In this document: positions 1 to 12,500 of the stretch, piece after piece
Position numbering within the stretch: the first letter of the stretch is position 1
Layout: every line of letters begins with the position of its first letter
From: Mayamaea pseudoterrestris
Lineage: Eukaryota
DNA length: 64,000 nt
Direction of reading: 5' to 3'
NCBI GenBank assembly: GCA_027923505.1
Contig: BROI01000020.1
Span: 62,001-126,000, forward strand
Program-made: the position numbers and the translations under genes
The notes under the pieces: model-generated
What the model saw: the letters and a program-made list of their open reading frames with translations, nothing else
Databases searched by the model: none
What the model was told of the DNA's origin: nothing

Positions 1-3000
1 CTACACGACGCTTTCTCCAAGCACACTGGATTCAGTGCATCGCTAGCAGGTTTTGACGGAATGATTGCCATCAAGAAACACATGGGGCAACACGACTCGG
101 AAGACAATTTCGCGCAGTTGAACACGCACTTAGAAGAGTGCTGCATCAAGTATGACAAGAAACACCCATCGACGACAAAGACTAAGCGCACAATCAATCA
201 AGCGCAGTCTAGTGGAACGAAAGGAGGCGGCAGCGGCAATGGCGGCGCGACTCCAAGCAGCTTATCGGCGGAACGATTTGCAGCGATCATGAAGAAACCT
301 CACGCGAGCGTGAAGGATGAAGTCTGGTTGGAGATGAAGTTCGATCAGTGAAAGCAGTTGAAGGACAAGCGTGCGACGGCGCCCAAGACACCCGAAAACG
401 GATGGCGACTGCGCAACCAACAAGGCACGGCTACGACGCAGACGCAAGTCAAGGCGGTGCATCAAGAGCATCACGCAACGGAATCTGTAGCGAACGATCA
501 CGCAAGCGTTCCTGGCACGATTAATATTCAGCCAGGCAATAGTGGAATGTCAGTCCAAACGGCTGCACGATCGGTTCTGCAAGCGAACAATGCGAGTACT
601 ACAACTCAGCAAGTGACAGGATCGTTGACGACTGATAACACCGGACGAGGTACATTCAGCTTCAACATGCATCGTCGTATGCGCGTCAATCGCGCACACT
701 ACGAGCGGATCAACGAAGGCGCACTCATCGACAGCGGCGCGAACGGAGGCTTATGCGGAGGAGACATGCTCGTCGTTTCGGAAATGAACGCCGAGGTGGA
801 TGTGACTGGTATTGACAATCATATTGTCCCAGCTCTCAAGATTGGCACTGCAGCTGGACTGGCTAAGACCCTTAGTGGCGAAACCATTCTACTGATGTGT
901 CACCAGTATGCTTTAAAGCGAGACGGACCAACGATTCATTGCCCGAATCAATTGCGCGCAATGGGACATCGAGTCGACGATATATCGACCCTGTTTGGTG
1001 GAACGCAACGAATTACGACGAACATTGGAGGCTACGTTTTGCCATTGGCGATTCGCGACGGCCTGGTGTATTTGGACGTGACGAAACCCATGTTCGATGA
1101 TTTGGATAAGTATCCGACTGTCACGATGACGTCGGACGTGCCGTGGAATCCGACTGTTTACGATGTCGAGCACGCACACAACAATTTCGACGAACGCAAT
1201 CACGATTATGGATCTTTCGATGAACGATTCGACGATGACGGTATTACGCACCGCAATTGTCACACGCCGACATGCACTGGCGACGAACTTGACGTACTGA
1301 TCAATCGGTGCGTGCGACACGCTCAGTTTTCACGCGTTAATTTGCGGAAGCTACGAAGCAAGGAACCGGACTACAACGCTCTTCGGCCGTACCTCGGATG
1401 GGTTCCGACTGAGCGATTTCAACAGACTTTATGACACACGGAAGCATGGTATCATCTCAGCAAACATCCGCGATTACCATTTCGACACCTCACGAAATTG
1501 AGATTTCTGGCCGCGAACGTTCAGCGGTTGCGCAAACTATTCGCCATGGACACGATACACTCTGACACGCCAGCTTTGGATGATGGAATTCTAGGGCATG
1601 GGGGAGCTACTAAGATGCAGCTCTTTGTTGGACAAGAAAGTTTTTACACGCGCGGCTACCCAATGAAGTCGGAGAGTGAAATGTCAAACGCGTTAGAGGA
1701 TTTTATCCGCGAAGTGGGCGCTCCTAATGGACTGCTCAGCGACAACGCCAAGTCGGAGACTGGCAAAGCAGTGAGGGATCTCTGTCGGATGTACAATATT
1801 CCTCAAGTGACCACAGAACCGGGTCATCCAGAACAAAATCCATGCGAACGTCACACGTCGCACATTAAGCCAATGATGGAGAACCTTCAACGAGATTTGG
1901 GTTTGCCAGGCCATTGCTGGGTTTTGCTGATTAAATTCGTAATCATGATTCTGAAAGTCCTTGCGACAAAATCGCTGGGATGGCGCACTCCAACGGAAGT
2001 TGTGTTCGGAAATTTGCCGGATATTTCGCCTTTGTTACATTTCAAGTGGTGGGAACCGGTCACGTTTGAGGTGCAGGGGAGTTTTCCCTCGGCGGTACGA
2101 TCTGGCAACAGCCAATTCGTGGGCATCGCAGAGAATAGTGGTCCGCACATGACTTTTCTCGTTCTGACGGATGACACGCTTCAGGCGATTCCGCGCTCCA
2201 ACGTGGTCTCGCGCAGCTACTTGTTACCCCGAGAGTTGCCTTCCTTCCCTGAGTCTGGAGGGGAGATTTCTGAAGAAGCAACGAGCGCAAGCGAACGAAG
2301 TTTTGAAACTCCAGATCTCGCGACAGGACGCTACCATAGCACGAATGCGACAGAAAGTAGTCACGACAACTACGAAGGAAACGACAACGAAACAATTCCA
2401 ATGGCGAACCATGCCAACGTACCAGCAAAGTTCTTCAGAAGGGCTGAGCAAGAATCAGGGAATAAATGCCCTCTGTTCTCTCCAAGCGAACTCATCAGAC
2501 GCACGTTCATAAGGGAACACGAAAACGGTCAGAAAATGCGAGCGACTGTATGCGAATATATCAAAGTACGCGATAACGAGCTACTCGAAACGACGAAAGG
2601 TTTCCTGATCTAGTTGGGAGAGGAACCAGCGAAAGACTTAATAAGTTACAATGAACTGTCGGATTTAATCAAACGACAGATGGATGAAGATATACGAAAC
2701 GATCCGGCGACTCAGTGGGTATTCACAAAAATAATCGGACACGAGCTTAATTTGAAACTGAACGACCCGACATACAAGGGAAGTTCAAGTAACGTTCTCG
2801 TCGAATGGACTGACGGAACGACGACGTGGGAGCCTCTCGCGATCATGAAGCAGGATGATCCGATAACGATCGCAGAGTATGGACTCAAGCATGGCTTACT
2901 CGACAAGCCAGGATGGAAGCAGCTGGAACATTACACTTGGAAGCGAAAGAAGTTTCGACAGATGGTGACAGCAGCGAAACAAAAATTGAAAGCAAACGGC

Positions 3001-5020
3001 GTACGCTACAAATTCGGCGTAAGGTTGCCACGCAATTATAAAGATGCGAAAGCTCTCGACGAGATCAACGGCAACACGCTGTGGACGGATGCGATTCGAA
3101 CGGAATTAAATCAGATAAATGATTACGATACGTTCGCAGATCAAGGAGTCGGTAAGATTATGCCGGCGCCGTGGAAACGAATAAACGTGCACATGATATT
3201 CGATGTCAAGCATGATTTACGACGGAAGGCACGACTCGTCGCAGGAGGACATTTGACAGAACCGCCAAAGGGTTCAGTTTACTTGGGCGTTGTGTCATTG
3301 CGACGTCTACGAATGGTAGCGATGTTAGCGGAACTCAACGGTCTGGAACTGTGGGCGGCTGACGTCGGCAACGCATACTTGGAAGCGAAAACGAAAGAGA
3401 AGGTTTATATCGTGGCAGGTCCAGAGTTCGGGGAGCTCGAGGGTCACACGCTCACGATCGTGAAGGCATTATACGGTCTTCGCACGTCAGGCGCACGCTG
3501 GCACGAGCACTTTGCAGACACGCTCCGCGACATTGGTTTCACACCGTGTATCACAGAACCGGATGTGTGGATGCGCGATAAAGGCACGCACTACAAATAC
3601 GTTTGTGTGTATGTCGACAATTTAGCGATAGCAATGAAGAATCCGAAGGAACTAACGGATCTTTTAATTGAGAACTACAACTACAAGTTGAAGGGCGTCG
3701 GTCCACTGGCATATCATTTGGGCGCAGACGTTTGGCGAGACGACGACGGCGTACTCTGCTTCGGAGCAAAGAAGTACGTCACGAGGCTACTAGCAAACTA
3801 CAAAGAAATGTTCGGCAAAGAACCGCGACTGCAGACAAGTCCACTACGCGACGGCGATCATCCGGAACTCGACACAACGAAAGAACTTGACGACGACGGA
3901 ATTGCAAAGTATCAATCGATAATTGGTGCGCTGCAATGGGCAGTAAGTTTATGTCAATTCGACATTCACTGCGCTGTCATGACTATGGGGAGATTCCGAG
4001 CTGCGCCACGAGCGGGGCACTTGGAACGGTTAAAGCATATTTGCGGATACTTATACTTACGACGATACCCGGATGGAGCGATTCGATTCAACGTTTCGAT
4101 TCTAATGGACGAGCAATACGCGACAGTTGACAAGATGTATTGGGATTACAGTGTGTACGGCAAGATCTGCGAAGAGCTTCCATGGAAGATGCCCACGCCG
4201 CGAGGCAAGGCGGTGCAAATGTCAACGTTCGAAGATGCGAACCTGTACCACGATTACACGACGGGGCGGGCAGCTTGGGCATGCTACACATGTTGAATAG
4301 AACAGTCGTCGATTGGTTTTTGAAACGCCAAGCAACGGTTGAGACGGCAACGTACGGATTGGAGTTTGTAGCAGCGAGAGTGAGCACGGAGCAGATCATG
4401 GATCTCCGCTTCACGCTACGCATGTTGGGAGTTCCGCTCGACGGACCTTCATGGATGTTTGGAGACAACAAGTCGGTAACGCAAAGCAGCAACCTACCGC
4501 ACTCTAGTCTGACAAAGCGACACAATGCACTGGCATTTCACCGTGTACGCGAAGCGATTGCGGCAGGAATTATTAATTTCAACCACATCATGGGAACGAC
4601 AAACACGGTGGATGTACTTACCAAGTTTCTTCCGCAGGCTACGGCAAGCAAGCACTTAAAGAACCTGCTCTTCAAGGAATCGAACTATTAGGTATGACTT
4701 GAGGGGAGTTGCAGGATGCGAACGAAAACAGCGAAAATCGGGCAAGTCACACCAAATGTCCGATAGGGTGACACAGCGGCACTCGCGGCTCACCACAGCC
4801 TCACGATCGCGTGATGCGTGGCAGCGACGGCTTCGAAGCAATTCAACGAGTATATTGCTGAAACTAGTGCGATATAGAGTAGAAACAAGCAGATTTACTA
4901 AGCTTGAAGAGTTAAGAAAGCGATTTATTCATCTCTCGTATTGTAGCAACTGCAAGCTTGGATTGGCCATCCAAGGACAGCTACAAGCGAAAGGTGCAAC
5001 AATTTGATTTACAAGTTACA
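1..5020 (+). mobile_element. Ty1/copia (CoDi-like) LTR retrotransposon, family A copy 1; 5' end outside window; decayed
   Basis: ORFs 61, 358, 1498 and 2614 are all in one frame, separated by single stops (349, 1432, 2611). Domain order: gag end - protease (ALIDSGANGG) - integrase (DT..SDNAKSE..EQNPCE) - chromo-like (VEWTDGTTTWEPL) - RT (KARLVAGGH, ADVGNAYL, KALYGLR, YVDNL) - RNase H after a frameshift at ~4275 (ETATYGLEF, FGDNKSV, DVLTK). PPT then LTR follow. Confidence 0.95.
4710..5020 (+). repeat. 3' LTR of family A (311 bp, TG...CA)
   Basis: Follows the polypurine tract GAGGGGAG (4701-4708). A near-identical inverted copy lies at 8672-8982, and homology stops right after ...AAGTTACA(A). 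Confidence 0.88.
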
Positions 5021-5552
5021 ACTCGCTTAAACCATTATGACGGTTCAAGAGCACAAGGTCGAGTACTCCTTGGAGAAGCTCTTTGCAACTCCCGCGATTC
5101 CAGTTGCTCTCAATTCTTTTGATGGAGACAAGATTGGAGTGCATGTGGCTCACCATTTCATGTTCGCTCCGCCCTCGCAACGCGTCAACATTGTTTGCCT
5201 TCCTCTTTCACAAGGCATCCGCACCGATCACTTTGATTGACGCCAAGACTCTTGAGCTCGTTACCAACAAGAAGAGGCCTATCAACACGCCTTTGGCCAA
5301 GATTCTGTTCGAATGAAGATCCTGGAGCATCCAGTCCTTGAGGAATTGCTCAAGCTCAATACCAACGCTTTGACACCTCTCGTTTTGTCTGCTTGCATCC
5401 CCATCCCACCACTCGCCATTGAGGCCATTGCCAAGCATGGACCATACAATATTGAAGGCATTCTGTCAGCCTTTATGTCAACCTTGTCCACTTGGCCCGC
5501 TCAGTATGCCTCAGTGGTCTCTACAGTCGACGTGTTCCACAATGCCTTTCCC
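5021..5552 (+). pseudogene. Frameshifted coding remnant of unknown origin (possibly the ORF1 of another TE)
   Basis: Overlapping short ORFs (5037, 5083, 5313) read as protein-like sequence (..LVLSACIPIPPLAIEAIAKHGPY..), cut on the left by the A LTR and on the right by the LINE tail. Confidence 0.35.
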
Positions 5553-6390
5553 TTAATAATAATAACTCAATGATTTACTTTGTAGTAGTTAACTATCTAC
5601 GAAGCAGCCAATGCGGCTTTATTTTCGCTCCCACCGTCAGTGCAGCCAAAACTACCCGACGAATGGGTTGTGCCCCAAATTGAGAGACGACATGAGCGGT
5701 ACATTCATATGGGACAACAGATGTAGGATTTTAGATGAGGATGGAGCAGTACTGGTCGAGTAAGAAGACACCTGGGCAAATTCCAGTGCCATAGTCGTTC
5801 CGAGGACCATCACTAATTGCCATTACCTGGCTGGACATGAGAGAACAATGGAACAGATAACATATAAGGGTGTTTGTTTTGAACATGCTGATGGAGTGCT
5901 CCTATTAATGTTTGGTTATTGGTTGCAGAGAAGGTAGAAAAAGATGTTGCATAAGTGATTGCTGACACCGGACTACCCTCTCAATGGGTGTTTGTTGTGA
6001 TCGAAGCTGATGCTCAGTGCGGACCTGATAGAGCCAGGCTTTGATTTGTGTTGGTAGACGCTGTTGGATACGGGGTTTTCTTGGCTTCATGAGGATGTGC
6101 AGACGAGCCCGTGCAAATTCTTCATCAACCTGCCGGCGCAGGTCCAGGACTCAGATGCCAATTTCCCGTTGATGGAGAGTGTCGTTGCGCTGTCACCACA
6201 TGTCCCAACATATTTCAAAAAGTTTGAGGATAATTTGAGATAGCCAGTGCCTCCCATTGTGATTACGTTTTTGTTTAGCTGGCATTTGGCGGTAGGAATG
6301 TCTGCGGCGCTGCTTGCACTCCCGGTACATGCCTTGTTTCCGGTGACACCCGCTTCCGTCTGCGCTTGCTGCATACAAGCTCGCTCTTGC
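5553..6390 (-). mobile_element. 5'-truncated non-LTR retrotransposon (LINE, Ambal-like) 3' end
   Basis: The minus strand encodes GRHWLSQIILKLFEICWDMW*QRNDTLH, resembling the C-terminal W..W..RN motif of diatom LINE ORF2. It is followed by a 3'UTR with AATAAA (5618-5623) and a (TTA)n tail at 5553-5565. Confidence 0.7.
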
Positions 6391-6394
6391 CCTG

Positions 6395-8671
6395 CACCCT
6401 CGTAGTTGGTTCCAAGTGAAGCGGGATGATCAGTCCTTTACCACTGTATCCTACAGGGGTCTTCTCCTACAAAGTTATTAAGCAGTTCTCTAGCAAATTC
6501 GTGTTTGGGCGGTCGACAATTTGAAACGCAATGGGGTGAGTTTGGGAGGGGCCATCGTCGATGTAGGTGGTACTTGGGGGAATCGTTTGCCTCGGCAATC
6601 TTGACAAACTTGATAATTCTGGCTGCAACACACCAACGGATACAATGGTATGTGAGTGCATTGTGGCGCTTGGTGAGTGTGGATTTAGGCACTGTACACT
6701 GCGTGATGACTGATTGGTTATCACCGAGTAGCCATGAAGAGAACTTGATGGGAACACCCATTGCCATGAGTGACACGCGTATGCCTAGGATATGGTTGGT
6801 TGCAACGCGCCCGCTCATGAGTTCAGAGCCAAAGGTCGCGTGTTCGACGGTATCTTGAAGTTTGGCAAACCACGTGAACGGAGTCTGCTGAATGAAATGA
6901 AGGATTCCAGTGCATGCTTTGCCGGTGACTTTGCAATGCATCAGGTTGGCATCTTTGAGAGTAGTAAGGTGAACTGTCTTGCCCTTTGGTTTCGGCCAAA
7001 GTGAAAGGACCTCTTCCTTGGGGTTGTTGTAGATGGTTTGCTGCCAGTCATAGGTTGGTGAGTCGCCAAAGATGATTTCGTTCTGCGGCCACTAGGTGTG
7101 AAAGCGGATGACTGCCTCGGGAGACTTGCAAAGGTAGCCGCATACACGCTTGACTCGGTCGAGGTGTCCAATGCGAGGTGTCCAATGCGAGGCTGTCCGC
7201 GGAAAAATGACAGGCAGGTGGTGGCACTGCAGATGTCGAACCGGCCAAGGGTGAATGCCCACTGAACGGCTCCAACAAAAGATTGGTAGATCTTGATGTC
7301 CACTCCCGGTGTGGTTGAGTTCCAGGTGATTGTGAGAGTCAAGTGGAGAGCTGTACTTTGGTGGTCATCCGTTGAATGACGTCGTGTAGTTGGCTAGAAC
7401 TTGGTGTATTTGATGCTCATTCCGGTGCAGGGGGAAGAAGGCACCGGACAATTTTGAACACCAAGAAGCACATGCACCTACTCGAGACGTTACCTATACC
7501 GCCTTCTACTCCGCGGCGCGAAAGCCTCGCGACGTCGATTCTGTCTCCTCATTCTGTTGCACGGAAGTCAACTGCAGACATGCAGTCAAGCAGTTCCAGT
7601 ACTTCATTAGGCCTCGCGAAAATCGACATCGCCAGCGGTTTCTACCGCATCAGCTAGACCCGACAATGCCTCTCACGATCGAACGAAGAACAACTGATAG
7701 CCTTTCGCTCACGCTACCCATGGGGTGGGTACATTAAATACGCCATTCTTCGTCCTCGGCCACCGAGACGATCGCCGACATCGCCAACCGCTACGCCACG
7801 CCACAACACCACGCCCTTTGGCTGGAAGGCGAAACCGACACGCTCCCAGCCCTAGACCCACGCACCGTGCGCGTGACTCGGACACGACTCCGGTCACGTC
7901 ACAACATACTTCCAACGACCGTCGGCCACCAGACGTATGCGTCGATGATTGTTTATTGAAATTGTGCCAAGCGGCGAGCCACGCCAGCGCCACTACGCCA
8001 GCGATCTCGATTTCTCAGACTTCCTCCGAAATGGGAGGCTGTTGGAGCGACACTGGGCCTGGGGGGGCTGGCAAGTAAACTGCCTGTTAACACCAACTTG
8101 TCTCTCCAACTAGCTAGCTGCCTAGATGGGCTGGATGACAGCAAGCCGGTATGTCGGCTAGGACAAAGATCGTCATTCCGGTGCAGGGGGAAGAAAGCCG
8201 CACCGGACAATTGAACACCAAGAAGCACATGCACCTACTCGAGACTTTACCTGATACCGCCTTACTACGCTCCGCGCGGCGAAAGCCTCGCGACGTCGAT
8301 TCTCGTCTCCTCATTCTGTTGCACGAAGTCAACTGCAGACATCCGAGTCAAGCAGTTCCAGTACTTCATTAGATAGTCTCATAAGCTTCACCCTCCTCAC
8401 CCACCCTCGCGACACTGGGCCTGGGGGGGGCTGGCAAGTAAACTGCCTGTTAACACCAACTCGTCTCTCCAACTAGCTAGCTGCCTAGATGGGCTGGATG
8501 ACATGCAACGCGCTTGGAATTGTAATTTTTTGCGAAGAATGTGCCGGGTCAATCATGATTGCCAATCCGATGCTGCAAACGGAGTGCTCTGGTATTTGGT
8601 TTTGCTTCGCGATGGGTCGCCTACCATGGGGGTGAGTCCATTCAACTCCCCTATCACCAGCGCTAGGCGTT
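6395..8671 (-). mobile_element. Copia family B copy 3 (RT end, RNase H, partial LTR), heavily deleted and interrupted by an insertion at 7376-8503
   Basis: 8504-8671 matches B1 11617-12005 with deletions; 6560-7375 matches B1 12120-12950; 6395-6495 matches part of the B LTR (CTAGAGAACTGCTTAAT..GGACTGATCATCCCGC). Confidence 0.85.
7376..8503 (+). mobile_element. Miniature DIRS-order (Ngaro/PAT-like) retroelement with split direct repeats and an RT remnant
   Basis: Repeat A at 7417-7610 and 8173-8372; repeat B at 8047-8140 and 8409-8503, in the order A1-RT-B1-A2-B2. The internal remnant reads LAKIDIASGFYRI / TLPMGWV / ATETIADIAN / DVCVDD, a DIRS-type RT. Confidence 0.72.
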
Positions 8672-9520
8672 TGTAACTTGTAAATCAAATCGTTGCACCT
8701 TTTGCTTGTAGCTGTCCTTGGATGGCCAATCCAAGCTTGCAGTTGCTACAATACGAGAGACAAATAAATCGCTTTCTTAACTCTTCAAGCTTAGTAAGTC
8801 TGCTTGTTTCTACTCTATATTGCACTAGTTTCAGCAATATGCTCGTTGAATCGCTTCGAAGCCGTCGCTGCCACGCATCACGCGATCGTGAGGCTGTGGT
8901 GAGCCGCGAGTGCCGCTGTGTCACCCTATCGGACATTCGGTGTGACTTGCCCGATTTTCGCTGTTTTCGATTGCATCCTGCAACTCCCCTCAAGTCATAC
9001 CTAATAGTTCAATTCCTTGAAGAGCAGGTTCTTTAAGTGCTTGCTTGCCGTAGCCCGCGGAAGGAACTTGGTAAGTACATCCACCGGGTTTGTCGTTCCC
9101 ATGATGTGGTTGAAACTAATAATTCCCGCCGCAATCGCTTTGCATACACGGTGAAATGCCTTTTGGCATGCCAGTCGAGACTTGCGGTGAGTTGCGCTGC
9201 GTTACCGACTTGTTGTCTCCAAACATCCATGAAGGTCCGTCGAGCGGAACTCCCAACATGCGGCAGCGAAGCAGTCGATCCCTGTTCTACGACTCCGATC
9301 TCGCGACACTCCGAGTCCGGTCGCTTGGCGTTTCGAAAACCAATTGACGACTGTTCCATTCAACATGTGTAGCATGCCCATCGCTGCCCGTCCCGTCGTG
9401 TAATCGTGGTACAGGTTTGCATCTTCAAACATTGACATTCTTTCCCTTGCTCCGGCGTGGATGCGTGCCATTCCTTGCCGTACACACTGTAATCCCAATC
9501 CATCTTGTCAACTGTCGCGT
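8672..9520 (-). mobile_element. Copia family A copy 2 (RNase H fragment plus 3' LTR at 8672-8982)
   Basis: Reverse complement of ~4120-5021 with small deletions; MSMFEDANLYHDYTTGRAAMG motif present. Confidence 0.92.
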
Positions 9521-12500
9521 TTCACTACCATCACTACTCTCACGCGGAACCATATCGACATCCGGATCAAGCCATGCTCAGAACCCAACGGGAACGCTCC
9601 GAGTCCGAAGACACTGTCGTGGAATGTCGCCGGCGGGGCTGCCGACATTGTAAAGCCGCCGGATGTTCTGGACTAACGCATGTGGTTCCTCGACGACCTT
9701 ACAATGCTTCGGCCCAACTTTTTCTCCAGCCCATAAGAGCGCCTACATTATCAGCTACCGTCAACGAGCAACGTTTCCCTCAGCGACGCCATTGGTTGGT
9801 TGGCGTGGTTGCGCTGTTCGCTACCTGGAGTTGATCGAAGGGACTATTCTCCGACACACCCGCACTCAACGATGGTATTCCTGGACATGCCGGATGCCAA
9901 GCAGCGCAACTCTACGTTTGCATGCAGAGCCGATTGATTTGCGTCTACCCGATGGCAAACAAAGGACAAGTTCCGTCGACGCTCATGCAGTTTATCAACG
10001 ATTGCGGTGCTCCAATCGGTCTAATCTCAGACGGAGCCAAGGAAGAAAACAGCCTAGCGATTCGAGAAAGTGAACGCCAGTTTATGATCCGTAAGCACTG
10101 GGTCAGCAAACTGGAAAACCAACAGCAGAATCCAGCGGAACGCGTTATCGGCGATGTCGAGCGCACTGTCAATGTCAACATGGATCGGACCGGATCGCCT
10201 GCACCAACCTGGCTGCTATGCACTCTACACATCGTAGCTCTACTCGCCCTCATGTCCCAGTCATGTCTCGGTGGCATGACCCCATATCAAAAGGTATACA
10301 ACAAAGTACCCGATATCTCTGCCTACCTAAACTTCCACTGGTGGCAGCCCGTTCGATACAGCGCAAACTCTACATCGCTCAACCAAACTAATGAGCGCGC
10401 TGGACGTTTCGTCGGGGTAGCTGATAATGTCGGTGATGCTCTAACTACTGGGTCTTGGATGAGGAAACACATCAGGTTGTCGCCCGAAGCATTGTAACGG
10501 CTCGTCGAGACGATCTTAATCCAAACATTCGTCTTGATTGACCACAAGTCGAAGCTTCTCCCGAAGGCGACATGTTCGTATACACTGAAGGTGGACTCCA
10601 AGAGAGCTTCCAACTTGGTAACCAAAGCTCCGAAGAAGAGGAGCTACCCACTGATGAACCCGTTCCTACTGTAACGGCCAACAACGGACCCGAGTTCTAC
10701 TTTGGAGATGAACCATTCGTCGGAAGCAGTCCCTACCAGCGGCCGCCATCAGCCCATCCTCAAGCGCATCCACGCAGACAAATCGATTTATTACCTGCAT
10801 TCTCACCTGAAGAACTTGTCAATCAAACGTTTACTTGGCATACTCAGGATGGGGAGCCCATGCGAGCCGAAATCGTTCGCAAGCTCGAAACCATGGACGC
10901 AGCCAACCATCATAACATCAAGTTCCTACTCAAAATCGGCGAAAACGAAGCTGAAGAAGTCATCGACTACATCCGACTCTGCGAATTGTTTGAGAAGGAC
11001 CAAGCAGCAAAGGTAAACGATCCTGAACACAACTGGACGTTTAAAGCAATCCTATCGCACGAAGGACCACTCACAAAGCAATCCGACGGATGGAAAGGCT
11101 CCATGTACAACATCAAAGTTGTGTGGGAAGACAACTCAATGACTTGGGAGCCATTGAACGCTTTAGCACGTGATGACATCATTTCCTGCGCTCGCTACGC
11201 CGAGGCAAACGGACTACTCAACAAGAAAGGCTGGAAGTTCCTACGCGACGCAGCCCGACGCGCACGTATCGCCCGTCGAACCGTAAACCAAGCCAAGCAA
11301 CGACGCAGCATTCGACACAAGTTTGGCGTCAAGGTACCACGCGATCCAAAGGAAGCTCGAAAGTTCCAAGAAGAACTCCGGCATACCAAATGGACCGACG
11401 CGGAGAAGGTAGAGCTGTCAAGCCTGTTCGAATATGACACCTTCATTGATCTCGGATTGAATGCCGCGCCTCCCAGAGGCTATCAAAAGATTCGCACTAT
11501 CTGGGTCTACGACTGCAAGCAAGACTTTCGTCACAAGGCTCGGATGGTTGCTGGTGGACACCTTACAGATCCTGTCGACGACTCATACTCGAGCGTCGTT
11601 TCACTCGAATCGCTGCGCCTAGCGCTGGCGATAGGGGAGTTGAATGGACTCACTCCCATGGTAGGCGACATCGGAAATGCTTACCTCGAAGCCAAAACCA
11701 AAGAAAAGATTTACTTCATCGCTGGACCTGAGTTCGGCGACTTGGAAGGCCACACACTCATCATCTACAAAGCACTCTACGGCCTACGCACAAGCGGAGC
11801 ACGATTCCACGAGCGGCTTGCGGACGCACTACGAGCGGAAGGCTTCAAAGCCTCGTACGCCGATCCAGACGTTTGGATTCGCGATGCTGGCCATTGTTAC
11901 GAATACATTTGCACTTACGTCGACGACCTTATGGCAATCATGATTGACCCAGGCGCATTCTACGACATTCTTCGCAACAAGTACAAGTTCAAGCTCAAGG
12001 GCGTTGGATGCCCAGAGTACCATCTAGGCGGCGACTTCGGACGCGACCCTGACGGAACACTATTCTGGGGCACCAAGACCTACATCACTAAGCTTCTAGC
12101 CAACTACGAGCGTACATTCAACGGACCACCACCAAAGTAAAGCTCTCCACTCGACTCTCACGACCACCCCAAACTCGACCAGACGTCCCTTTTAGGGGAG
12201 TTGGACATCAAGATCTACCAATCGTTTGTCGGAGCCCTTCAGTGGGCGATCACCCTTGGCCGATTCGATATCTGCAGTGCCACCGCCTGCCTGTCACGCT
12301 TCCGCGGACAGCCTCGCATTGGACACCTCGACCGAGTCAAGCGTGTATGCGGCTACCTTCGCAAGTCTCCCGAGGCAGTCATCCGCTTTCACACCTAGTG
12401 GCCGCAGAACGAAATCATCTTCGGCGACTCACCAACCTATGACTGGCAGCAAACCATCTACGACAACCCCAAGGAAGAGGTCCTTTCACTCTGGCTGAAA

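Noticed and set aside
349..2613. In-frame stops suggesting an alternative genetic code
   Set aside because: Host genes terminate normally at TAA, TAG and TGA, and the TE stops fit single C>T/G>A mutations.
4699..5007. 102-aa ORF present twice (also 8685-8993)
   Set aside because: It merely spans the LTR, has a TTG start, and is conserved only because the LTRs are near-identical.
7417..8503. CRISPR-like or satellite array
   Set aside because: Only two copies each of ~95 and ~195 bp repeats, with no regular spacers and no cas genes.
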